The notes: generated by a model from the letters alone, not told the origin. A stretch of DNA of 64,000 bases from Terriglobia bacterium (GCA_041480265.1 JBGOZP010000009.1:20952-84951), one strand, 5' to 3'. Positions 1-9,983 are shown, counted from the first letter of the stretch. Program-made: numbers and translations.

Positions 1-542
1 ACAACGGTCTGCCCGAGGTCCAGCCCGGCGATTTTCCGCGCGATTTCACGGCCGTAGGCGATGTCGGCGGCTTCGCGCGCGTCCGGCGCGCGCCGCGTCA
101 GCACGCCCGGAGCGGGGATGAGCGGCTTGAGGAACGCCGTGGAGTCCACCAGTTGAATGCCTTCCGATTCCAGCACCCGGGCAACGGCCCCAATCAGCGA
201 ATCGGTATTTTTTAGCGGCAGTGAGAACAGGAGTTTCGCGAGCTTCCAGTCCGGACGAATCGCGCTGAAGATTTTATTGTGCTTCACCTGTCCGGCCATC
301 ACAGCGCGGTTGACGCCTTCCTCGTGCAATAGTTCGAGTGTGCGCGACAACTCACCGAGGCTGACCCAGTGCAATCGCGATGCGATTTTTTCAAGTCCGG
401 GGGAGGCTTCTTCGCGAATCGCGATCACGGCCATGTCAATCCCCTGGCTGCGCGCCGCTTCGAGCACCAGAAACGGGAATTGTCCGTTGCCGGCAATCAG
501 TCCCCATCGAACCGAAGAATCCGGAACGGGTGCGGAGGGCAT
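1..542 (-). CDS. lpxI: LpxI-like UDP-2,3-diacylglucosamine pyrophosphatase (DUF1009), N-terminal part; gene runs off the left edge
   Basis: Not in the ORF track because there is no stop in the window. Manual minus-strand translation from ATG at 542 gives MPSAPVPDSSVRWGLIAGNGQFPFLVLEAARSQGIDMAVIAIREEA...AGQVKHNKIF..., an LpxI-like N-terminus. It lies directly downstream of lpxA-fabZ. Confidence 0.6.
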   Translation of the reverse strand, partial: MPSAPVPDSSVRWGLIAGNGQFPFLVLEAARSQGIDMAVIAIREEASPGLEKIASRLHWVSLGELSRTLELLHEEGVNRAVMAGQVKHNKIFSAIRPDWKLAKLLFSLPLKNTDSLIGAVARVLESEGIQLVDSTAFLKPLIPAPGVLTRRAPDAREAADIAYGREIARKIAGLDLGQTV

Positions 543-556
543 GGGCGAGGAGGAAT

Positions 557-1336
557 TCACTTGTGCAGGCCGCGTTGCGCCGACTCGATGAATTCGAGAA
601 GTTCCCGGATGTCGGGCGAACCGTTGAATTGCGCGCGGATCTGTTCGAGGGCCTGGGAAGTGTTGAGCTTGGAGCGCAGCAGCAGGCGAAAGGCGCGCTC
701 AATCGTGTCGAGACGCGCGCGGTCGAAGCCGCGGCGCTCGAGTCCGACCGTGTTCACGCCGTAGCAGCGGGTCTCGCGCTGGGTAACGACGCGCGAAAAC
801 GGCGGCACGTCCTGCGTGATGACGGTGCAGGCGCCGATATAGGCGTAGCGGCCGACCCGGCAAAACTGGTGAACCGGGCTGAAGGCCCCGACACTCGCGT
901 AGTCCTCCACAACCACGTGGCCCGCGAGCGTCGCGCCGTTGGCGAAGACGGTATGGCTGCCCACGGTGCAATCGTGCGCCACATGGGAATAGGCCATGAA
1001 GAGATTGTCGCTGCCAATCCGCGTGACGCCGCCGCCCTGCGTGGTGCCGCGGCTCACCGTGGAAAATTCCCGGAAACGGTTTCCGTCGCCCACCACCAGT
1101 TCCGTGCGCTCGCCGCTGAATTTCAAATCTTGCGGATCTCCGCCCACCGAGCAAAACGAATCAAAAATATTCTTGCAGCCAATGCGCGCCGGACCGCGTA
1201 CCACAGCATGCGGCTCGAGCACGCAATCGTCTCCCAGCTCAACGCCGTCTCCTACGACGGCGAACGCGCCGATTCGGACAGAGCTTCCGATACGCGCACT
1301 CGAGGAGACGGCCGCTCGGGGATCGATTTCACTCAT
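557..1336 (-). CDS. lpxA: acyl-ACP--UDP-N-acetylglucosamine O-acyltransferase
   Basis: ORF 557..1393. Left-handed beta-helix hexapeptide repeats and an LpxA-type sequence (IDPRAAVSSSARIGSSVRIGAFAVVGDGVELGDDCVL...GGDPQDLKF). Start trimmed to MSEIDPRA (ATG 1336), which overlaps the fabZ stop. Confidence 0.9.
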   Translation of the reverse strand: MSEIDPRAAVSSSARIGSSVRIGAFAVVGDGVELGDDCVLEPHAVVRGPARIGCKNIFDSFCSVGGDPQDLKFSGERTELVVGDGNRFREFSTVSRGTTQGGGVTRIGSDNLFMAYSHVAHDCTVGSHTVFANGATLAGHVVVEDYASVGAFSPVHQFCRVGRYAYIGACTVITQDVPPFSRVVTQRETRCYGVNTVGLERRGFDRARLDTIERAFRLLLRSKLNTSQALEQIRAQFNGSPDIRELLEFIESAQRGLHK

Positions 1337-1823
1337 TGCTGGGCACCAGCCGCGTGTCCGTGGCGGCGCCGCCTGGCGCGGCCTCGGCATCACGGTCCAC
1401 CAACATGCACTTCAGCGTCGCTTCGGCCGCGAGTTCTCCGTTGACGGTAGCCGTCCCACGCAGCTTGCAGAACGTTTGGCGCCACTTGAGCACAGTCACT
1501 TCCATCCGCAACACGTCGCCCGGAACCACCGGCCTGCGGAAACGCGCCTCGTCCACGGCGGCGAAGTACAACAGCTTCTTGTCCCGATCGGGAATTTCCA
1601 GCAGGAGCAGCAGGCCGCCCGTTTGCGCCATGCCTTCGATGATCAGAACCCCGGGCATGATGGGCTTTCCCGGAAAGTGGCCCTGAAAATAGCTCTCGTT
1701 GATGGAAACGCTTTTCAAACCCACGATGCGCTTCAGCCGCTCCATCTCGACGATGGTATCCACCATGAGGAACGGATAGCGGTGCGGCAAAATCTTCTGG
1801 ATGCCGATGCTGTCAAAAATCAT
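1329..1823 (-). CDS. fabZ: 3-hydroxyacyl-ACP dehydratase
   Basis: ORF 1329..1964. MIFDSIGIQKILPHRYPFLMVD...ESYFQGHFPGKPIMPGVLIIEGMAQ is a classic FabZ sequence. Start trimmed to ATG 1823; the upstream ORF part reads through repeat DNA. Confidence 0.9.
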   Translation of the reverse strand: MIFDSIGIQKILPHRYPFLMVDTIVEMERLKRIVGLKSVSINESYFQGHFPGKPIMPGVLIIEGMAQTGGLLLLLEIPDRDKKLLYFAAVDEARFRRPVVPGDVLRMEVTVLKWRQTFCKLRGTATVNGELAAEATLKCMLVDRDAEAAPGGAATDTRLVPSNE

Positions 1824-1886
1824 TTCCTGGCCTCGATTCGCGTCCGGGAAAGCTCGTGGGGAAACAGCCGGCGCAACATTCTCATA

Positions 1887-1967
1887 GGGGGCTGTAAGTA
1901 CAGCCCACCTTCCGGGGGGCTGCAAATACAGCCCACCTCGCGGGGGGCTGCAAGCGCAACCCACACC
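1887..1967. repeat. three tandem hairpin units GGGGGCTG-(6 nt)-CAGCCCACC
   Basis: Read directly: gggggctgtaagtacagcccacc / ggggggctgcaaatacagcccacc / ggggggctgcaagcgcaacccacacc. Located in the fabZ / M20 peptidase divergent spacer. Confidence 0.7.
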
Positions 1968-2123
1968 CTGGAATTATATGCGAAACGCGCCGCACGGCCA
2001 ACGCAGTTCACCCTGAGTGGTTCGCTACGAAGGGTTCACGCGAAGCATTCTCCGCGAGGGGTTGCCCGCCAGAGGACGGCGAGGCTTGCCCGCCACTGGA
2101 TGCGTTGTTAGCATGGCGGCGGC

Positions 2124-3281
2124 ATGAACAGCCCACCCACAATGCGTTCGCTGCTCGGCTGGCTGCGGGAGCGCGAGCGGGCGATGACGCGGCTGCTCGG
2201 GCGTTTTGTGAGGGCGGAGTCGCCGAGTTTCGACAAGGCCGCCGTGGACCGCTTCGGCCGCATCATCGCGTCGGAATGGAAAAAGCGGGGCGCCAGGGTG
2301 ACGCTGCTGCGCCAGCGCGAGCGCGGCAATCACGTGAGGGCGGAATGGCATTCCCGTGGCAATCGCGCGAATGCGCAGATTCTGGTCCTGGGCCATTTGG
2401 ACACCGTCTACGACGCGGGGACCATCGCGCGGATGCCGTTTCGCGTGTCGCGAGGACGAGCCTGGGGGCCCGGCGCGTTTGACATGAAAGGCGGGCTGGT
2501 GATCGCGCTCTACGCCATGGATGCAATGGCCGCCGCGGGCCGCATGCCGGAAAAGCGCGTCGTCTTTCTCTGGACGAGCGACGAAGAAATCGGCAGTGAA
2601 AGCTCGCGCGGCGCGATTGAACGGGAAGCGAAACGCAGCGACGCGGTATTCGTGCTCGAACCCGCCGCCGGACTCGATGGCCGCGTGAAAACGGGCCGCA
2701 AGGGAGTTGGCGAGATCGAACTCATCGCCACCGGACGCGCGGCCCATGCGGGACTTAACCCGGAAGAGGGCATCAATGCGATTGAAGAAATGGCGCTGCA
2801 AATTGCGCGCCTCTCGCGGTGGAACCAGCCGCGGCGCGGAATCACCGTAAACGCGGATGTGATCGAAGGCGGCACGCGCACCAATGTGATCGCCGAGCGC
2901 GCGCGGGCTTTGGTGGACTTGCGCGCAACACGCATCGAAGACATGCGCGCGCTGGAGCGGAAATTTCGCGCGCTGCGGCCGATTCTGGCCGGCGCCAGGC
3001 TCCAGGTCCTGGGCGGATTCAACCGTCCGCCGATGGAGCGAAAAACGAGCGCGGCGCTCTACGCAAAGGCAAGCGCGCTGTCGAAGCAAATGGGGATATC
3101 GCTGGGGGAAACCTTCGTGGGCGGCGGATCGGACGGAAATTTCACGTCCGCGCTGGGCGTGCCCACACTCGATGGCCTGGGCGCAGTCGGCGAAGGCGCG
3201 CACAGCCGACGCGAGAAAATCCTAATTCGCGCACTGCCCGAGCGCGCCGCGCTGCTGGCGGGCTTGCTTACAACGCTCTAA
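2124..3281 (+). CDS. M20 family metallopeptidase (carboxypeptidase G2-like)
   Basis: LGHLDTVY...PGAFDMKGG...WTSDEEIGSESS...EPA...GRKGVGEIELIATGRAAHAG are M20 metal-ligand and dimerisation-domain motifs. Confidence 0.8.
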   Translation: MNSPPTMRSLLGWLRERERAMTRLLGRFVRAESPSFDKAAVDRFGRIIASEWKKRGARVTLLRQRERGNHVRAEWHSRGNRANAQILVLGHLDTVYDAGTIARMPFRVSRGRAWGPGAFDMKGGLVIALYAMDAMAAAGRMPEKRVVFLWTSDEEIGSESSRGAIEREAKRSDAVFVLEPAAGLDGRVKTGRKGVGEIELIATGRAAHAGLNPEEGINAIEEMALQIARLSRWNQPRRGITVNADVIEGGTRTNVIAERARALVDLRATRIEDMRALERKFRALRPILAGARLQVLGGFNRPPMERKTSAALYAKASALSKQMGISLGETFVGGGSDGNFTSALGVPTLDGLGAVGEGAHSRREKILIRALPERAALLAGLLTTL

Positions 3282-3492
3282 TCCGCATTTCTCACAAAAC
3301 ATCCACGATCTGGCAGCAGCACCATTGAATGAGCGCTTCCCGCAAGGTGTTGTGGCGCCGGCGTCTCGCCGGCGCTTTTGCAGTGTTCTTGAGGCTAGAG
3401 GAACCGCCGGCGAGACGCCGGCGCCACGAAGAGCGAGCGTTCCGCAGCAAGACGGCACGCACTATCCACCCCGTTGTCGTGAGAAGTGCGGG

Positions 3493-4953
3493 CTACAGAT
3501 ACGCCTTGCGTAAATACTGCACGGTGGATTGCGTGAGGTCGGCGTAGGAGTCGTGGAGGACGGCGTGTACGGCGTCTTCGGTTGCGGATTGCGCGGCGAT
3601 GCGGTCGAGAATTTTTTCGATGCTGACCATGCCATCTTCAATCACAATCGTTTCGACGGTGGCGAGCGACCAGGCGTATGCGCTGGAGGCGGTTTCCCTG
3701 GAAAGATTCATCCAGGACGTTTCGAACGAAGCGAGAGAAAATTCCATGTGCTGGTCGTACGCCGAGGTAAGCGCCGCCGCGGCGGTCCGGCTGCGTTTGC
3801 CTTCCATGTATTGCGCAATGCCTTCCTGTAGCCAGACGGGGCACCGTCCGCCCGTTTTCTGCGCGACGAAACTATGCGTGAGTTCGTGCTTGAGGACACG
3901 GGCCAGCTCGCCGGTCATGGAGGTCAAGCCTTCGACGGGCACGCGAATGCGGCCGTCATTGAGCGCCCCAACCCAGCCCGGCGCGCGGGTGATGTCCATG
4001 AACGCCTGATTGGTGTACAGGACCACGCCGATGGGCTCGGGAGGAACATAGTTGAGAGTTGCGGAAACTTCTTCGAATTCCGTTTCGAGCGTGCGAAGGA
4101 CGTCACGCGCCAGTTCGGGCGCAGCGCCGCCGTTGTAGCGCAGGCGGAAGTGGGCGGTTTCGCCTTCGCGGTACATGGATTCCTCTTGCACATCGCGCTC
4201 GGCCTTTTCGAGCGCATGCTGCACTTCGACATCGGGTTTCTGCGCGAGAGAGCGCTTCCATTCCGAGACGGCATCCTCGATGCGGTTCAATCCGTAATAG
4301 GCCCAGCCAGCCAGCTTGGCGACCTCCGGGGAATCGGGCTCGCTGCGGCGCGCGCGGTCCAGCTGATCGAGCGCCATCGAATATTCGCTGCGCCGGAGGT
4401 GGAGATACGCGGCTTCGACAAGCAGCCCGGTGTTATCCGGCGCGTAGCGAAGCGCGACGCCATAGTGGGCCGCCGCTTGTTCGAAATCGCCCACGCTGAT
4501 TTCGAATTGCGCCGCGGCCGTCTCGGCAGCGACGACGCGGGCCACCGCCGTGGGTGTACGATTCGCGTTCGCCTCGGATTCGAGCTGCGCGAGCAAACTG
4601 AGGTCAAGCGAACCATCGCGCACGGCGGCGCGCGCGGCTTCGTCATTGGCGGCCGGAGCCAGCGCATTCGGCGGCGCAATCGGCAGGTTGGCGGCGCGGT
4701 CCCCCACTGTCCCGGCCTTGGAGCCCAGCGGATCGGGATCATGGACGACCTTCTCGACGATGGAAGCGGGCAGGCTCATGTTGCCGGCGGAGGTTTCGTA
4801 ACTCACCCGGCCTTTTTCCTGCACGACATGAGAGGCGTCTATTTTTCTGCCGTTCTTGAGATAGATGGTGTCGGCAGACACCCCTGGCGGGAGAGCGGCA
4901 AGAAAGCAAACGGCCGCAAAGAAACCAAGGGCACGCGCTGCGGGGAACCGCAT
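3493..4953 (-). CDS. secreted TPR-repeat protein with C-terminal MA-clan (HExxH) peptidase-like domain
   Basis: N-terminal signal-like segment (MRFPAARALGFFAAVCFLAALPPGVSA), TPR-like central region, then HELTHSFV...WLQEGIAQYMEG near the C-terminus. Confidence 0.65.
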   Translation of the reverse strand: MRFPAARALGFFAAVCFLAALPPGVSADTIYLKNGRKIDASHVVQEKGRVSYETSAGNMSLPASIVEKVVHDPDPLGSKAGTVGDRAANLPIAPPNALAPAANDEAARAAVRDGSLDLSLLAQLESEANANRTPTAVARVVAAETAAAQFEISVGDFEQAAAHYGVALRYAPDNTGLLVEAAYLHLRRSEYSMALDQLDRARRSEPDSPEVAKLAGWAYYGLNRIEDAVSEWKRSLAQKPDVEVQHALEKAERDVQEESMYREGETAHFRLRYNGGAAPELARDVLRTLETEFEEVSATLNYVPPEPIGVVLYTNQAFMDITRAPGWVGALNDGRIRVPVEGLTSMTGELARVLKHELTHSFVAQKTGGRCPVWLQEGIAQYMEGKRSRTAAAALTSAYDQHMEFSLASFETSWMNLSRETASSAYAWSLATVETIVIEDGMVSIEKILDRIAAQSATEDAVHAVLHDSYADLTQSTVQYLRKAYL

Positions 4954-5034
4954 AAACTTATCTTAGCAAGCCTGGCCACGGGCTTGTGCCGCACCTTGCC
5001 GCTTGATGCCCAATCTTGCTACAGTCGGGCGAGC

Positions 5035-7527
5035 ATGAGAGTAAGGCTCCTAACGGTTCTCGCGGCTTCTCTGGCGATGGGAGCCTGTTTTTCCTCGATC
5101 GCCGCGGCGGGATCGAGCATGCCCAATGCTCCGCAGCGTCCGCGGGAGATCTATCAGGCGCTAAACGCACTGCGCGTCAATACCGCTCAGATTTACGCCG
5201 TGAGTGAAATCCGCCTTCGCCGCGACGCTGTCAGTCTGACCTTCTCCGACGGCATACTCGGATTTCTGCAAGCCTATGACGGCCGGGTGACCGGCGTCGT
5301 TTTTTCCGGCCGCGGCCACGCCAGCGCGATTCCGCGCGATCCGGCCGAAAAACAATCCCTCGTTCATTTTCTGGGCGTCCCGCTGCTCGACCAGAATTTT
5401 TCTCGCGCCTACTTGCGTTTTGACGATGGGTCCGCCGAGGAAATTCTCGACCAATTGCGCCGCTCCGGCGCCAGCCCGATGAGCGCTTACGATTTTACAA
5501 GCACCTGGGACAAAGCCGTCGCAAATCTGAACCCGGATCAATCCACCCGCCTGTTGATGGACTGGGTGGCTGAAACAACCGTGCCCTATTTCTACGCCGA
5601 ACTGCTGGACGAGCAGTTGGGGGCGTTCGATATCCTGATCGACGGCCGCCGGACCGACACCGTCATGATCGGGCAAGGGCGCTGGGCAAACGGAAATCAT
5701 TACTACGACGTATGGGCTTCCTTCGCGGGGTCGAACGCGCCCCCCGCTCCGCCGCCGGCCTTCGTTCCAGTTTCGTATACGATCGACACAACGATCGGGA
5801 ACGACCGGAGCCTCGAGGGTATGGCCACAATTGAAGTGCGACCCGGCGGGAGTGGAGAGCGCGTCCTGGCACTGGAACTCTCGAGGTTCCTCACGGTGCA
5901 ATCCGCGCAGGATGCCGATGGCCGCGACCTCGATGTTTTTCAAAATGAGTCGCTCAGCCAAAACCGTTTGACTGAGCACGGCAATGGCAATGTGGTTGTG
6001 ATCCTGCCGGAGTCTCCGCGCGCGGGCCAGACCTACCGCATTCGATTGTCTTACCGCGGAAGTGTGATCAGCGACGCGGGAAACGGCGTGTACTTCGTGG
6101 GGGATCGCGGGAGCTGGTATCCGCACCTCGGGGGAATGGCGCAGTTCGCGCCATTCGACACCACGTTTCACTGGCCGCGAAAGCTCCGGTTGGTGGCCAC
6201 GGGACAAAAAATCGAAGAACGCGAGGAAGGCGACCGGCGTTTCGGCCACTGGCGGTCGGATGGACCAGCAGTGATTGCCGGATTCAATTTGGGCGACTAT
6301 GTAATCGAAAATATGGATGCGGTGGATGGCGTCAAAATCGAGTTGGCCGCGAATGCGGCGCTCGCAAGGGCAATCACGGAGCAGCTCGGTTCGCAAACGC
6401 CCGTCGGGCCGCTCCTCCCTGGCACGATGAGGCCGAACCGGCGCCTTCGCCCCCCCACAGCCTTCACCGAAGACGCTACGGCGCAACCCGCCGATCCCTT
6501 AAAGGAACTGGGCCAGGAAATCGCCGGAGCGATTCGCTTTGGACAAAAGTGGTTGGGGCCTTTCCCCTTTCACCAGCTCGTGGTGTCTCAAGTGCCGGGG
6601 ACAGCCGGGCAGGGCTTCCCAGGACTGCTCTATTTGCCCTCGCTTTCCTTTTTGCCGCCCACAACACAACAACGCGCCGGAATGAGCGGGAGCGCACAGG
6701 AATCCTTGGATGAAATCATTCCTTACCACGAAGTCGCGCACCAGTGGTGGGGCAACGTCGTCGGCTGGGATAACTACCGGGACCAGTGGCTCAGCGAGGG
6801 ATTGGCGAACTACATCGCACTGGCCGGCGCCGATGAGGGGAAACCCAGCGCCCACCTGCTCACCCATTGGCTCGATCGCTATCGCAATGATCTGACTTCC
6901 CCGGCTTCCGGGCAGGAAAACACGGTGGATGATGCGGGTCCCTTGGTGCACGGAATCCGCTTGAATTCTTCGCGCGATCCGGCCGCCTTCGACAAAATCA
7001 TTTACGGCAAAGGCACATGGATCTTCCACATGCTGCGGATAATGCTGCAAGATTCCGCTTCCAAAAATCCTGACGAACGCTTCATCGGTCTGCTGCGCGG
7101 CTTGCTGGAATCGCATCGCTATCGCGCCCTGACGACCGAAGACCTGCAGAAGGCGGTCGAGCGCGTCATGACACCCGCCATGGCGATCGAGGGCGGACAC
7201 TCGATGGATTGGTTCTTCGAACAATACGTGCGTTCGACGGGAGTGCCGGTCTATGAATTGGAATACTCGGCGCGCCCGGGCCCGCAGGGTTTCCTAGTGC
7301 GAGGCAAATTAATTCAGAAGAATGTTCCGGACGATTTCGTGCTCCGCGTGCCGATTTACGGGCAGGCGCAGGGTTCGAAGCCGGCGCTTTTGGGCCACGT
7401 CGTCACGTCGGGAGAAGAGACTTCGTTCCAGTTCGTCACCGCGGCGCTCCCCAAGCGCCTGCTGATTGACCCTCAAATGACGCTGCTGTGCGTGCCACCG
7501 TCCCCGTCCTCACCGGCCCCCGAATAG
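5035..7527 (+). CDS. M1-family zinc metallopeptidase-like protein, secreted
   Basis: In-frame ATG 5035 (MRVRLLTVLAASLAMGACFSS signal) inside ORF 3874..7527. HEVAHQWWGN-x-LSEGLANY gives HExxH-x18-E. The ORF part upstream of 5035 is antisense to the neighbouring gene. Confidence 0.8.
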   Translation: MRVRLLTVLAASLAMGACFSSIAAAGSSMPNAPQRPREIYQALNALRVNTAQIYAVSEIRLRRDAVSLTFSDGILGFLQAYDGRVTGVVFSGRGHASAIPRDPAEKQSLVHFLGVPLLDQNFSRAYLRFDDGSAEEILDQLRRSGASPMSAYDFTSTWDKAVANLNPDQSTRLLMDWVAETTVPYFYAELLDEQLGAFDILIDGRRTDTVMIGQGRWANGNHYYDVWASFAGSNAPPAPPPAFVPVSYTIDTTIGNDRSLEGMATIEVRPGGSGERVLALELSRFLTVQSAQDADGRDLDVFQNESLSQNRLTEHGNGNVVVILPESPRAGQTYRIRLSYRGSVISDAGNGVYFVGDRGSWYPHLGGMAQFAPFDTTFHWPRKLRLVATGQKIEEREEGDRRFGHWRSDGPAVIAGFNLGDYVIENMDAVDGVKIELAANAALARAITEQLGSQTPVGPLLPGTMRPNRRLRPPTAFTEDATAQPADPLKELGQEIAGAIRFGQKWLGPFPFHQLVVSQVPGTAGQGFPGLLYLPSLSFLPPTTQQRAGMSGSAQESLDEIIPYHEVAHQWWGNVVGWDNYRDQWLSEGLANYIALAGADEGKPSAHLLTHWLDRYRNDLTSPASGQENTVDDAGPLVHGIRLNSSRDPAAFDKIIYGKGTWIFHMLRIMLQDSASKNPDERFIGLLRGLLESHRYRALTTEDLQKAVERVMTPAMAIEGGHSMDWFFEQYVRSTGVPVYELEYSARPGPQGFLVRGKLIQKNVPDDFVLRVPIYGQAQGSKPALLGHVVTSGEETSFQFVTAALPKRLLIDPQMTLLCVPPSPSSPAPE

Positions 7528-8063
7528 AACATTGTCCATCTTTAATCTCGCGATGAGGTGTGTCGCGGCTGCGCAGTATTCAGCTCATAAGTCAGCGCAT
7601 CTCCATCCTAATCGGAGCGCGAAACGCACCTGTAAAACCTCGTAAGACAGGACCGATGCCTATCCGGGACGTCTCGGAAGGGGGAAGCAAGGAACTGCCA
7701 GATCTGTCTTGGCAGGCGTTCCATTGCACGAGTAACTTCGACCCTTTTCAACCATAATCACACTCACCAGTATCGGATTCCCGAATGCGGGATTTTTGGT
7801 CTAGCACGTTTCAAAAGCGGGACGCGCTTCAGAGGGCCATTGCACACTGTCTCAGTTTAAATTACACAAACATAATGAGTTAATCATCCGGCTGGCAATG
7901 GCCCCACTCGTGCTTTTGTCCCCCACGTAAGAAGAAGTTGGCCGTTAACGGAAAGGAAGAGAAGGAACGTCGACATAGTCGGCAAGAACTTCATAATTAC
8001 CTTTTCGTCGAGCAATTCTTCAATGCTGGGCAGGACAGAAGGTCCCTCGGCAGGAGGACAAAT

Positions 8064-8753
8064 ATGCGTCGAGTCGCACAAGTTGCGCTATGGGTGTTGG
8101 CGTTTGCCGGGTCATCGGTGGCCCAAACAGTTCCTACGGGGAAACTCCCTGCAACACGCTTGCTGCTTGATACAGAGACTGGAAGTGATGCCGGTCTTGG
8201 ATACAAGATGCCACATCTAGCGTTTGGTTTTTCGTTCGAAAAGCCGGTGGGAAAACATATCGAACTGCAAGGGTTGACTTCGTTTTCGCCAGACAAAAAA
8301 TACATCACCAATGACGGCCTAAGCCTCGTCATGAAAAGTACAGGCCTTTACTGGATTACCCATAGCTTTGCCGTTACCGGGAGTATACGTCGCTCAAACT
8401 TATGGACTTCGCAGTTCAATAAGAGTTCGTGGGGACCAGCGCCGGGTATTGCAGCTCGGGAATACAGTTTCGGTTACCCTGGGAGGCTTTATGTGGACTA
8501 TTTGCTCCCAACCGGCTGCCAATGGGGGATAAATTGTCGAATCCAGTCAAATCGCACACAAGGTCCGGAAGTCTACTGGGAGAAGCGGATTGCGTCCCAT
8601 TTTAGGCTCGGCTTTGCGTTCGGTTTCTACCACATACTCAATCAGAGCAACGAACTCCTCCCTAACATTCCGCGGACCGGGCAATGGACAGGCGATACCC
8701 ACGTGGTCATGAGATTCGAGTTTCCTCGCGGGTCACTGGACAACCTCTATTGA
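8064..8753 (+). CDS. hypothetical secreted protein, possibly a small outer-membrane beta-barrel
   Basis: ATG 8064 preceded by aggagga. Signal peptide MRRVAQVALWVLAFAGSSVAQ, alternating beta-like pattern, C-terminal aromatic (..DNLY). Lower-G+C region. No family recognised. Confidence 0.5.
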   Translation: MRRVAQVALWVLAFAGSSVAQTVPTGKLPATRLLLDTETGSDAGLGYKMPHLAFGFSFEKPVGKHIELQGLTSFSPDKKYITNDGLSLVMKSTGLYWITHSFAVTGSIRRSNLWTSQFNKSSWGPAPGIAAREYSFGYPGRLYVDYLLPTGCQWGINCRIQSNRTQGPEVYWEKRIASHFRLGFAFGFYHILNQSNELLPNIPRTGQWTGDTHVVMRFEFPRGSLDNLY

Positions 8754-8865
8754 AGTAAGCGGATTCATCTTTCATGGAGGGCGGCAGTTACACCGTGCGA
8801 GGGCAGGTTGCGTGATAGAAGTTGTGTCGTTCCCCACTTCTCGCCAAATTTTTGTGGTTTGATTT

Positions 8866-9762
8866 TTACGGAAGGGTGGGACTAAGCGTCGCGCGCCAGA
8901 CCCCGATGCTCGTGCCTGCCGCAATGCCGCCAAAGAGGAGAAAAAAGCCGAGGCGGCGACGGCGAGTGCGCCCCGCATATGGCGGCCCCTGCGACTCTTT
9001 GCCGGAACCCACTCCCTGTGGACCTGGGCCCTCCGGTTCGGCTTCGATGCGGTAGGAAGCGCCCGCTGCGATTGTTTCGACTTCGCCGTCCATGGAGACT
9101 TCAATCGCTCCACGAGTGCTGGTCAAAACCAATGCGTCAGCGTTCACCCAGGTCAATTGCACTACGGTTGCCTGCGTGCCCGCGGGACGAATGGTTGCGC
9201 CAATAGCAAGCAATTGGAAGGTCTGCCCTTCCGGTGAGGAAGCGACCACGGTCCCGCGCATTAAATTTGCCGAGAAACCGTTCGAAAGGGCATGGATCTC
9301 AGCCACACTGCTTTGGCGCAGGTAGAGTTGCGATGCGCCGAAGCGAGCGCGCAAGGTTCCGTCGTCCTGGGTTTCCAGGCGATCGCCTTCATAAAGTGTC
9401 GCGCCAGTAAAGATTGTGTCCGCACCCATGTGGTGGGCACGATCGGCCTGCACAACCACACCCAGCGGAGCAGACGCCGGATTCCCCGGCTTTGCCAATG
9501 CAGGGATTCCGATGAGCGCCACACTCAGTGCAACAACCACGCTCGATAAAAACAGTGCTCGCAGGTAACCCTCCGGTGAGGATACGCTACGAGAATATGA
9601 AGATGAAGTGAGGCTGTCAACACACTTGTGCGGATTTTGCGTAAAGTACACCCTTCCAGGGCGGCAAGGATTGTGGGACCAGACTACGATCGCCAAACGT
9701 TTTCGCTGCGAACTCTTTCTCCCGGAAAGCCTCCGCCTGAATTCCGAAGCTGAAAGTCGCAC
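8866..9762 (-). CDS. hypothetical membrane-anchored protein with FecR-like beta domain
   Basis: ORF 298 aa. Hydrophobic segment LFLSSVVVALSVALIGIPALA, a central domain reminiscent of FecR-type domains, Gly/Pro linker, and a C-terminal TM (LGFFLLFGGIAAGTSIGVW). The GTG start is uncertain. Confidence 0.4.
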   Translation of the reverse strand: MRLSASEFRRRLSGRKSSQRKRLAIVVWSHNPCRPGRVYFTQNPHKCVDSLTSSSYSRSVSSPEGYLRALFLSSVVVALSVALIGIPALAKPGNPASAPLGVVVQADRAHHMGADTIFTGATLYEGDRLETQDDGTLRARFGASQLYLRQSSVAEIHALSNGFSANLMRGTVVASSPEGQTFQLLAIGATIRPAGTQATVVQLTWVNADALVLTSTRGAIEVSMDGEVETIAAGASYRIEAEPEGPGPQGVGSGKESQGPPYAGRTRRRRLGFFLLFGGIAAGTSIGVWRATLSPTLP

Positions 9763-9827
9763 CCCCTGGAGGGAACTGGTTTCCGAATCGCGCAGCGCTG
9801 CACGTGGGTTTTGGTAGCACAGACTTC

Positions 9828-9949
9828 ACAGGCTGCGGAAAAACTCTCTGCGATGTCCTTAGGGGTTAAAACCCCTGAGGAAAATGCAGGTTTTATGTCG
9901 CGGCTGAAGCCGCGACCCACAAGGCTTCGACCCTTTTTCCGCAGCCTGT
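9828..9949. repeat. MITE-like element with 16-nt perfect terminal inverted repeats
   Basis: acaggctgcggaaaaa (9828-9843) and tttttccgcagcctgt (9934-9949) are exact reverse complements. Internal hairpins ggggttaaaacccc and gtcgcggctgaagccgcgac. Confidence 0.55.
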
Positions 9950-9983
9950 TCAGTCTGTGCGCTTTTGGTTTGCTGAACGCAGC

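Noticed and set aside
3874-5034. N-terminal 387 codons of the 1217-aa ORF 3874..7527.
   Set aside because: This part is antisense to the TPR/HExxH protein gene and has a junk-like composition. A signal peptide and the M1 homology begin at the in-frame ATG 5035.
7528-8063. Searched the 536-nt non-coding stretch for an integrase attachment site, a tRNA fragment or a small RNA gene.
   Set aside because: I found no tRNA-like sequence, no direct repeat matching the other island edge, and no strong promoter-terminator pair by eye. It is left unannotated.
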